Part shown: positions 50,241 through 60,556 of the stretch, in pieces | How the letters are laid out: each line of letters begins with the position of its first letter | Position numbering within the stretch: position 1 is the stretch's first letter | DNA from: Psammoneis japonica | Taxonomy: Eukaryota | Assembly: GCA_008632985.1 (NCBI GenBank) | Contig: QPGO01000002.1 | Span: forward strand, 310,001 to 374,000 | Length of the DNA stretch: 64,000 nt | Direction of reading: 5' to 3' | Notes under the pieces: model-generated | The model's input: the letters and a program-made list of their open reading frames with translations, nothing else | What the model was told of the DNA's origin: nothing | Databases searched by the model: none | Made by a program: the position numbers and the translations under genes

Positions 50241-51164
50241 GACCCCGTCCAAACTGGATCGTACTTGCGTGCTATCGCAGTTGAGCATGGCCTGCTTTAT
50301 GACGTCACGAGCCATAAAAAGGGAGTCGTGTCCAAACAGCATCGTACTTGCGTACATGAGTACTATCATACCCAAAAAATTAGTCGAGTTACTCATTTCT
50401 GACATCACCGGAGCGCGTAACGAGTGGATGCGACACAAGTCGCCATGGCGATGTGTGGTTGTTTTTGACAGCTTCTTTCGATTTTGCCACTTTATAAGTA
50501 ACACCAATCGATAATATGAAGCGGATATGATATGTTACGGCAAAAAAATGTTAAAATATTGTGAACTTGTTGCTGAAATAGACCTTTTGTATTCAAAGGA
50601 ATTTTTTCTGTCTGTTGCATCATACAAAGTCAATGCATGAGGTGGCTAAACTAGATCTGTTAGGCCCAACAACAACCTTATCGACTAATTTAGATACGAA
50701 GGATTTAATGGGTTTATTTGTATGTGGTGTGACTTTAGAGTAAGGGTCGATATGGCCCGAGAAGAATGTGCAGAAACGTTCAAATGAAAAGTTTCTGAAA
50801 TCACCCCGTAAGTCTAACGTTATTTCACTGAACAAAACAAGAAACCACACCTACACACTAAGTAAAATATGGCGGTTCTAATAAGGTTACTTTTATCATC
50901 ATAAGGTAAAACTTTGATGCCGCTGTGGGCCGTCATCTTCATTCGTCGTGATGCTGTTTTTCGTGCGAGCGGGGGTATGATGTCAGGGGTATGATGTCGC
51001 GAAGGAACAGACAGGGCCGGTGGTCTCTGTTCCTGACGCGAGATCGTATGGCCTAAATATTGTAGAATCATAGGGCACATAACCCTAAAAAAGTCGCAAA
51101 GCGCCTTTTTTAGGCCATACTCAAGTACGAAAGTACGCAAGTACGATCCAGTTTGGACGGGGTC
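50241..51164. mobile_element. Non-autonomous PIF/Harbinger-like element nested in pol
   Basis: 30-bp perfect TIR gaccccgtccaaactggatcgtacttgcgt (~54 bp imperfect) and TAA duplication. Removing it restores the pol frame IVFSKQMIEWP. Confidence 0.9.
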
Positions 51165-51644
51165 TAAACAGATGATAGAGTGGCCATTAGTCAATGGAGA
51201 AGTACCAATGAGGCACGTAGATGCTACGGTAGAAACCTCCTTCTATCTTCAAGATCCAGAAGCCTTATCGTCGGAAACCGACCGGATTTCGCGTATCTTA
51301 GACGCTAAGTACGCGCCGGCATGCCTCGAGGACATAACGCGAGGGACAATAGGACTTTCTATAGTTCAACAAAACGACCTTTTGGCACTATTGAAACGCC
51401 ATGAGTCCTTATTTGATGGGACATTAGGAGAATGGAAGGGAGAACCCTACCATATCCAACTCAAAGAGGGTGTAGAACCATACCACGCTCGTCCGTATAA
51501 AGTACCTCGTGCGTACGAAGCTACGCTACGTAAGGAAGTAGAACGCCTAGTACGTATCGGTGTTCTCAAACGCGTTAACCGATCCCAATGGGCAGCTCCA
51601 TCATTTATCATACCGAATAAAGATTTAACGGTACGCTTTATTAA

Positions 51645-52091
51645 CACCGCATCCACGGATTCACCAGGCAAAATTGGCAAAAGTCGGGTATGGATAAAAG
51701 TGTGCATTTGGTCAAAATCGATTTTTGAGTGCAAATGGTGGTGTCTTTAGGGTCCCTTTAGTGAGCCGAACACGCACATTTCTCATTTGACCATCACAGG
51801 TCCGTCTTATGGGGGGTGTCAAAACGTCGTGCTTTGACGCGTCTCGAGGATTAATCGTTATATAATGTATTCAGCCATTAAGGTTATATAAAATTGAAAA
51901 TTCACACATTAAAGCACGACGTTTTGACGTCCCCCGTAAGACGACCTGTGATGGTCAGATAAGAAATGTGCGTGATCGGCTCACTAAAGGGACCCTAAAG
52001 ATGCCACCATTTGCACTCAACAATCGATTTTGACCAAATGCACACTTTTTGCCATACCCGAGTGTTGCCTGGTGAATCCGTGGATGCGGTG
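51645..52091. mobile_element. Foldback MITE, piggyBac-like (TTAA target), nested in RT
   Basis: ~190-bp inverted arms starting caccgcatccacggattcaccaggcaa; flanks are TTAA (left) and TCAA (right). Removing it restores RFINDFREL. Confidence 0.9.
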
Positions 52092-52852
52092 TCAATGATT
52101 TCAGAGAGCTGAATGAACGGATCAAGCGATTGCCTCATCCGATTCCTCACATCCAAGATGTGCTCCTTAAGCTTGAAGGCTTTATGTGGGCTGCATTGCT
52201 GGATTTAAACATGGGCCATTGTCACATCCGATTGGATGCTGACAGCAAGAAGCTCTGCACGCTCATCTTCCCGTGGGGCAAGCATGAGATGCAGGTGTTG
52301 CCCATGGGGTCATGCAACTCGCCAGACATTTTCCAAGAACGCATGTCAGGCTTGTTTGAAGATCTGTCGTTCGTTCGAACGTGCTTAGATGACCTTCTCG
52401 TCGTGACGAAAGGCACCTGTGAAGATCACCTCAACAAACTTGAAGAAGTTTCATTGAGGGTGCAGAAAGCAGGACCAAAAGTTAACGCAACTAAGTCTCA
52501 CTTCTGTCAAACCCAATTAGAATGCTTGGGTCATCTGGTCAACAGAAACAGAATGCGACCAACACCTGGCAAAGTCGACGCCATCAAGCGAATCGCGACC
52601 CCAGCCAATGAACGCGACCTGCGGTCATTTGTTGGCATGGTGAACCACTGCCGCGACACGTGGATTAGACGTTCTGAAGTCTTGGCTCCGCCAACACGAC
52701 TCGCAAGCGAGACTGTCAAGTGGGAGTGGACGTCCGTTGAAGACGAGGCGTTCGAAACCGTTGAACGGGTGACATCGGATGATGTTTCATTGTCACATCC
52801 TGATTTTAATGAACCCTTTGAGACACACACCGATGCCTCTAAATGTCAATTG

Positions 52853-53165
52853 AAACAGCAATCTTTCGCGCTGTAGAGTCATTTACGCAGAAATGTGCAG
52901 AACAGCACCAAGACAATTGTTGAAAAGTCTGTCTGTCTGTCCTTAGTGAATTTTAACTTTGCGAAAAATGGACTTGACTGTTTTCTGATCAGGTGCATTT
53001 TTCTTCAATGCATTTGCAAAAATGCGCCTGACCCGACAACAGTCAAGTCCATTTTTGCACAAATTGTGTGAACATGTCAGTTTCAGCACAAAAACGTGTA
53101 GATTCTACAGGCGTCCGCAATTGTTTTATGCTTTTTACGTCACGGGTCATTTTCGAAAGATTCCC
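52853..53165. mobile_element. Small MITE-like insertion in RNase H
   Basis: Interrupts DASKCQ|LGA; ATTG on both sides. Internal ~43-bp inverted repeat (aaaaatggacttgactgtt / aacagtcaagtccattttt) and a short terminal match aatctttcg/cgaaagatt. Confidence 0.75.
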
Positions 53166-54757
53166 ATTGGGAGCAGCCACATCCCAAGATGACAAACCCA
53201 TCGCCTTTCACAGCAGAAAGCTCAATGGCACGCAATTAAATTGTGCAACAACGGAGAGAGAACTGCTCGCCATTGTGGAGACGTTGTCAGAATTTCGCAC
53301 GATTCTCCTTGGTCATCTGCAATTGTGTGTGCTGATCATAAAAATCTTGCGCACAAAGTGTTCAATGCCGAGCGCATTATGCGCTGGCGGTTGACATGCG
53401 AAGAATGCGGTCCCGAATTACGCCATGTTGAGGGTGCCCACAACCCAGTCGCTGACGCTCTTAGTCGCCTTCGGCTGGCACCCAGCTTGCCTTCTGAGGC
53501 CAATCCGGATGCAAAAGACACTCCATCGAGTCGTCCTTTGCATGAAGCTTTTAATGCAGATGCTCAAGATGAGGTGTCTCTGCCTGTTAGCTTCAAGCGC
53601 ATTCAAAAAGAACAACAAAAAGACAAGCGCCTGCTCTCACGAGCTGAGGACTCGTCCGACTGCTCCATTCGCGCGCATCGTGGGGGAGGGTCATCACGAC
53701 AGTTAATCTGTCATAAGGACAAAATCGCAGTGCCACAGTCATTGCAGGTTCCGCTAACTGAATGGTGCCACGAGACACTGTGTCATCCAGGTGAGACATG
53801 TGCGGAAATGTCTGTTGCCCAGCACTTCTGCTGGCCTGGCATGAGGTCTACGGTGCATTCTACGTGCGTCAAGTGCGATCGATGTCAGAAGACAAAACGC
53901 CAAACGCAGCGTCATGGGAAGCTGCCAGAAAAGGTCACCGAGATAATTCCATGGGAGACTCTGTGCACAGATGTGACAGGGCCACATAAAATTCAAAGAC
54001 GCGGAAAGGACACTTTGCAATTGTGGGCGGTCACAATGATTGACCCAGCAACCGGGTGGTTCGAGATTAAAGAAGTGTCTGCGAAACGTGCAGACGTCGC
54101 AGCAAACGTCGTAGAACAAACGTGGCCATGCAGACATCCGTGGCCAACCCAGGTGGTTTATGACCGTGGGACAGAATTTGTGGCAGAATTTAGCCAGATG
54201 ATTAAAAATGACTGTGGGATTTTGAAGAAACCCACAAGCAAACGGAATCCACAGGCGAATGCCACAGTGGAACATGTGCGCCAGACACTTGGCAACATGG
54301 CACGTTCCTTTTCAGTGCAGGATGTGGAACTGGATGAAGATGACCCATGGAGTGGCATCCTCTCCGCAGTGGCCTTCGCCGTTGGAGCTACGGCACACAC
54401 GACCACGCGTGCAAGTCCCACGCAATTGGTCTTTGGACGCGATGCGGTTTCATCTGTTGCCCATCGTGCTGAGTGGAAGCACATAGAAACCAGAAAGCAG
54501 AAGCTTGTCCACTTAAACAACAAGCGTGAAAATCAGAAACGCAAGGAGCATCAAAACACCGCAGGGCAATTGGCACTTGTCAAACAGGAACAATCCTCTA
54601 AATGCGGTTCTGACAGCTGTGCAGGACCCGCCAGAGTTGTCCGTGTGTGTGACAACGGCACGTTGCGCATCCAGAACGGAGCTCTGACAGATGCGCACAA
54701 TCTACGGCAGATTGCACCCTGTCACCAGTGGACATTCTGTCACTTAACGGCCCCGAT

Positions 54758-54769
54758 CATGGGGGAGTG
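54758..54769 (+). other. Polypurine tract
   Basis: catgggggagtg immediately before the 3' LTR. Confidence 0.75.
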
Positions 54770-55201
54770 TGCAGCATGCCTCGCTGCTGGACAACACGGC
54801 GAGACCGTGCACAAGCCTCTTGTGCGTGGCAATGCAGTGTTGTTGACACGCACCTGGGAAGCACGACCACAGGAAGGCGTGGCTCTGGGTCTCAGGCAAT
54901 TCCAGAAGGATGCCAAGAGAGCATCCGTGTGAAGCACACCAACCCGTCGTCTGGCCCACGATGGTGGCGTGATTCCACACGATGACATCACTCGTGCATG
55001 GCGCGTGATGGCTTGATTCGCACGATCCACAACGCGAACGCACGATCGATTTGATGCGATCCAAATGCGAACGAATGGGGATTTGGCAAGATTCCCCATT
55101 CGCACGATCCCATTTTTTCTACTCTAAACTAGCTCACAATTTTCACAACGACAAAGTCGTAACACATCTTCTTTTTCAGCACCTGGTGCACACATGGGGC
55201 A
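54770..55201 (+). repeat. 3' LTR
   Basis: Direct repeat of 48210-48641. Confidence 0.93.
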
Positions 55202-55899
55202 CAAGCCTTTGGCCTCGCTGCATTGCTTGGGTGCCGGTTTTTTCTGTGCTTGGTGCTGAGGGGGGTGCACCCCCTCCTTGTGGACTCTGTTTTGGCTGCT
55301 CTGGTGTGGCACAGCCATGACTGCCATGGCCACCCATGACTGCTGTGGCTGCTGCTGTGGTGGTTTTTGTGGACTTGTTCTGGACATGGCGGATGCACAC
55401 ATGTGCAAAAAAATGCACATTTTTGCATGCAGCACATGGCCCAAACTTGTGGCACAATTTCAATGCAACAAAGGAGAGAAACTTTCCAATGTGGAGGCAT
55501 GGGCACATGCAGAGATGTCTTGGGCATGTGCTGTGCCCAAATGATCATTTCTGAGGACATTTTTTAGCTCCAAATGGTGCTGCAAGATGAGAACTCAATT
55601 CTCCTTCTTGAGCAATTTGTGTTCATGTCAATGTGCTGACACACAAGATCTGTGAACATTTTTTGTGCAAATTGAGCCAGCATGAACAAAGGCCAGCTTG
55701 CACACAGTGTGTTTTGTTCATGCATTTTGGTGGTCATCACACAATGGCTTCAACAACACACCAGCCAAGCAACAAAATGTGCAACTGCTGAATTGTGAGA
55801 AAAACAAAAGCAGCACAATTGGTGCACCCAGATTTTGCCACAGCATTTGCAAGACTAAAAACACACACACACACTAAATTGACTTGCAGAGGCATTGCA

Positions 55900-58800
55900 C
55901 AGCCATCTCACATGCACTGTGTGTTGTTTTGAGCCCAGTTGACAGTGTTGGGACTCTTCTTGTGCCATCAGATGGTGTGTCTTGTTGATTTGGCATGGGC
56001 ACAGGGACAGACCAGTGCCATCTGTCCAGCAGGGGCATCTGGAGTTAATCTGAGATGAGGGAACTTGTGAGTCTCTGAGGCATTGGTGGGTGAGTTGCCC
56101 TCATGATTGCACAGTGCTGAAAATTTTGCATTGACAAAGCTGCACAGTTCTGATTGAGGCTTCTGCCACTCACTCAAAATCTCTCTGCTGGCCAGCTGCG
56201 CACAGGATGGCTTGAGCATCCTTGCCAATCAGCAGCCAGACCATCACATGATTGATGCCACAATGGGGGCAAGAAAAGATGGCATTGATCAAGGCATGCA
56301 TGTGCTTCTTCTTCTCCTTTTTGTGGTGCAGCAGGACTTGTTTGGGGGGGCTTGGATGCATGGGATGGCACATCTGTGTCAGCCACTCCCAACATCCATG
56401 GTTGCATCTGCACTCCATTCCCACAAGCCTCTGGATGAAAGATCTCCATGAGATCACCATCTCTGGACTTGTTGATGATGGTGACTGGGCTTGATGGATT
56501 GTTGGGCTGGCTGTTGGTGGCTGGGCTTCCAGAGGTGCAAACAGTGGGGGGTTGGAGTTGTCAGCAGGCAACCATGCTTGGGTTCTTTTGATTGTTGCAG
56601 AGTCAGGAAGAAGTTTTGCAGCAGCACTTGAAATTTCCATGCTGCAGCAGAGCAGTTGGCACACCAAGGAGTGATTGCATCTGGGAAAGGCTGGGACATC
56701 TTGTGGATCATCAGCAGCAGAAGAAGGTCCAACCCATGCACTGCCATGCCCACTGGATTGCCCTGTGTGATGCCTTCCTTGCTGTGGAGGAGGGCAAGTG
56801 CTCCTCCAAGGTTCCCACACCATGGGCAATCAAGACACTCCAGTGCTTCTTGCAGCAATTGAAGGCAAGCTGAGTGCCAGAAGGCCATTTGTGCCTGTCT
56901 GTCAATTTGCAAAAAAGAAACTGCAGTTGTCCTCAAATTTGTGTTGTTTCCAGAGCAGGTTCTTTACAGTGCAAACACCACCTTCAATGCCTGCCTCCAA
57001 TCCAGCACACAGTTGGTCTGCACCCCATGTGAGCCTCTTCAGTTTCAGCTCCAAAAACCAGGAGAATGGCTTTGGCCATGGCTCATTGCCATGCCTTCCC
57101 TGTGCTGACCAGGTGGATGCCCAGATTTCCATCCAATGCTGCAATGACTCTCTTTGCCATGCAAGCCCAACAGGCTGCCCAGGGGGTGACTCATTTGACA
57201 ACCAGTTTGTGAATGCACACAAATGCTTCTCCAAGTGATCTGCTGGCTTTTCCATGACAGAGAAGCCATTGTGTGATGAGGCATTGACACCAGATCCACC
57301 AAGTCCTGTGCTCTCCCACAATCTTTGTGTGGTGGCATTGACGACACTGTCAGTGATGACAACATCTTGGAGCTCAGGCAACTCATCACTGTGTTTGGGG
57401 AATTGGTCTTCTTTTGGAACCCCAGACTCCAGATGTTTGCTTGCAAGATCTCCTGCACCATGTTCTTTCCTTGTCTTCTTGTCCACATCATCTGACAACA
57501 GCACTCCACCTTTTCCCTGCTCAGCGATGCACCCAACTGCACCTCTTGAAGGGGTTCTTCACAGCGCCATTCTGTTGAGTGCGCTGGCATGCTGCTTGGG
57601 CATTTTGCCCTTCTCAGCGGACTTGAGATTGCTTGCAAGCAGACACTCAGTGGATTTCACCAGTGTTTTGTGTTTGTCCATGCTCCAACTGCCTGTCCAC
57701 TGGCCTGGACAGCAGGGCTCTGATTTCCTTTGCTCCTTTTGCACTGCAAGCCCACTGCAAAACAACAGCTTGAAACACCACAGGCCTGCCTCTCTGTCTG
57801 GGCTCCATTTGCATGTCTTGACTTCATGAAGCAACTCTCTGCCAATGTTGCAATGAATTGTTTTCCTGCTCTTGCCAAGTTTGATTGTCCAGTGTTCCAC
57901 CACCCAGCAGATGAGTTCAGTCATTTAGATTGCATGTTTTGCCACATGCCTTGCAAATGAGCTGTTCAGCTTCTGAGCTGAAGTTGTTGGGTGTTGTGTC
58001 AGGGTTGACCTGTGGTGGGATGATGACTCCCTCCCTCCAAGTCTCCTTTGCCCTCTGACTGCTCTCTTTCCCTTGAGGCAGTGTTGACCTCCTCACCAAT
58101 TCCACCCTCATCATTGTCCCTGCACCTTCTTGATCAATGGGTGCAGTGTTCTCTTTGTTGGCTTTGGGGCTGGCCTCTTTTTCTCTTTTGCCAACATCAT
58201 CAGTGGCATTGGAGACAGTTGACAATTTTTTGGCTGAAGTGGGCTGGTTTCCAGGGAGGTCAGAAGTTTCCAAGGCTTCTCATCTGACTGTGTTCCTGTT
58301 GCTTGAGCCAGACGTGTTCCAGCCGTGGAGGTGGGAGCTTGCACTGCAGTGCTGACATGTGACACAGTTGTTTTTTGTCATCCGTTGCATGTTTTGTGTG
58401 CACATTTCTGCATGTTCTCTTTCCCAAAAGTTCCACACTCCCTGTTTTGCGAGGCCCAAGAGACTTTTTGTCAAGTGCATTTCTTTTGTGGGGACAACAT
58501 TGCCCCAAGGTGCACTCTTCAATGTCTGAAGAGTGCACTGGCGGGCCTGAGCAAGAAATGACTTGCTTGAATCATGCATGGACGAGTCTGCATGTGCATT
58601 TGCAAAATTGCCTCTTTTTTTGTCGTCAGTCATTGACACATTCATCACCTGACAATTTTGCTGTGGAGCTCACACAGAATTCAGTGGGCCCAATGTCACA
58701 CAGACTCCCACCTGGGTCTGGAATGCATTGCCACTGGCAGGGAGTCCAGCTTTGTTTTTACATTTGGTGAAGCAAGTGCAACAAATGCATGGCTGGTCTT

Positions 58801-59230
58801 TGACATGGGCAAGCATGGGTTTGGCCGGTGGGTGCAGACACATGTGCAATTGCAGCATGTTTCCTTGCTCTGTTGCTTCTGTGTTGTTTCTCCTTCTGAG
58901 CAAGCAGGGCCAGATCTCGAGTCTCCACTCTTTGTCACTCCACATGAAGCTTCAATGGTGACAGCTCTGAACTGCCTTGGTGTGCCCTTTTTGGGTCTTC
59001 CATCAACGTTGGTTTGTCCAACAGGGTTCATTGACTGACGTCACTTTGTGTCTCGTGTGTCTCCCGCACTCTCCGCAGCATTGTTTGTGACTCCACAGCA
59101 ACCAAAGGGCATTGTTTGTGAACTTGCTGAAAGAATGTCGCAAGCAAAAAGAGGCTTTTGATGTCAATGAAAACTGAGGCCAGTCGCAACTCCGGTCCGG
59201 TGTGCTCTCCGCCTTCCGACGACTGGCCAA
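55900..59230 (-). mobile_element. Degenerate non-LTR retrotransposon (CRE-like RT)
   Basis: QLCAGLEAGIEGGV, WPSGTQLAFNCC, SKEGITQGNPVGMAVHGL (QGDP motif) and PWCANCSAAA (WYADD equivalent), across frameshifts. The 5' extent is uncertain. Confidence 0.7.
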
Positions 59231-59650
59231 TGTGAAAATTATTTATGTATGCTATGGCCCCCTAATAACCGGTGACCAGGGAGTGTCACACCTACACTCG
59301 TTGAAACAAAAATGTCAACCATACTAGTTGTGAATGTATAATTGATTCATTGACAACATGCACAGTATCACATTTTTTGTAATGTAGTCGATATAACAAA
59401 TGAATTTTCTCTATTGCCTACCTAAATACACATATAAGGCATATAATGGTATGTGTATTCGCCATTATTTTAGTTAATTTTAATTTCAAGAAGCCATACC
59501 GGAAAGTCCGTTCTTAAATTTCAAATTTTAAACGGCACATCAACCCCCTTTTCTCACCAACGGTAAACGGGCAAGATGCTTGTCACACTACATACAAGTT
59601 AATCATTCCAGCGGTCAAAAAGAGGGCTCCGTTGCTAGTTGATCTTAACG

Positions 59651-60556
59651 ATGTTGAACACCTATCTTTGGCTTGTTCCCTTGGCTCTTTGCCTGAAAAG
59701 TAGTGTCGCTTCACTTGTTGCGGCAAGAGAATATCCATGCGATTTCTGTCGTGGCATGGAAAACATCTCGAGTGATATTCTAGATGTAGATACCGAGTAC
59801 ACCTCATGCCCTTATCGGATCTACAACAAGCATTTGAATGCAGACAATGTTGTTGAAGTCGATCTTGACTTGGACGTCATTATGAACCTGCGAGCTGACT
59901 TCGAAGCGGATGTCGAACCGCATCTCGGCTATTCAACGGACGATATTTGTATGGTAGATCCGTATGATCCAAAGAATGACGTTTGGTATACGGGCGATGA
60001 CGTTTTTCGGTCAAATGCAAAGTGGTACTCCATGAGAAATGAGGAAACGTATCGTAAATACCTTCGTCACGTGGAGGCACTTGGTCTGACAGAGATGTTC
60101 GAAGGAAAGTGGATCGATGTTGAGGAAGTAACAGTCTACGGGATGTTCTTTCTTGTTAGGAGCCATAGTGAGGTGCATCACATGCATTGGGACTGGCGGT
60201 CTGAAATCCATACCCAGCTCATTACGTTCCTTATCCCCATCAAAGACATCAATATTCACATGGCCTACTTAGATGTGAATGAGAACATGCAACGCTATGA
60301 GTACAAGGTTGGAAAAGGAGTTGGATTCGCAGGAGGATTTATGCATTCCACTGACGTTGGTCGAAGCGACACAGACGACGTTCTGTTTGCAGTTTATCTA
60401 GGAGGCAACGACACTGACGTCTGGGATCATTTTCAAGAGAGTAGCGCTGATGAGCTGGAGTACTACATGCACCCTACGAAAGGTTACATTCAAAACGAGA
60501 TATATGGAGAAACGGATAATTGCCATCCGAAAAAAGATGACGACAAGGAGGAATAA
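59651..60556 (+). CDS. Secreted/ER protein, 2OG-Fe(II) oxygenase-like
   Basis: Signal peptide MLNTYLWLVPLALCLKSSVAS; HWD (HxD) followed by ITFLIPI and distal FMHST, typical of the double-stranded beta-helix fold. Confidence 0.65.
   Translation: MLNTYLWLVPLALCLKSSVASLVAAREYPCDFCRGMENISSDILDVDTEYTSCPYRIYNKHLNADNVVEVDLDLDVIMNLRADFEADVEPHLGYSTDDICMVDPYDPKNDVWYTGDDVFRSNAKWYSMRNEETYRKYLRHVEALGLTEMFEGKWIDVEEVTVYGMFFLVRSHSEVHHMHWDWRSEIHTQLITFLIPIKDINIHMAYLDVNENMQRYEYKVGKGVGFAGGFMHSTDVGRSDTDDVLFAVYLGGNDTDVWDHFQESSADELEYYMHPTKGYIQNEIYGETDNCHPKKDDDKEE

Larger units (their letters stand above)
49816..54730 (+). pseudogene. pol: Gypsy pol (protease, RT, RNase H, integrase) split by three insertions
   Basis: ALLDSGAS (PR); WAAPSFIIP, RFINDFRELN once rejoined, RTCLDDLL (YxDD) (RT); HTDAS and ERELLAIVE (RH); HxxxxHPG...CxxC, DRGTEF, NPQANATVE (IN). 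Confidence 0.92.
48210..55201 (+). mobile_element. Full-length Ty3/Gypsy LTR retrotransposon, inactivated
   Basis: Two 432-bp LTRs with TG...CA ends and a CAAG target duplication (48206-48209, 55202-55205). Gag-PR-RT-RH-IN order; polypurine tract before the 3' LTR. Confidence 0.95.

Noticed and set aside
48210..55201. Alternative genetic code, or RNA editing during retrotransposition, as the cause of Tyr loss
   Set aside because: Neighbouring genes use Tyr and TAA/TAG normally. Changes occur on both strands, differ between the LTRs and post-date MITE insertion.
55124..59230. Overlapping ORFs in the right TA-depleted block
   Set aside because: Same artefact; only scattered RT motifs are meaningful.
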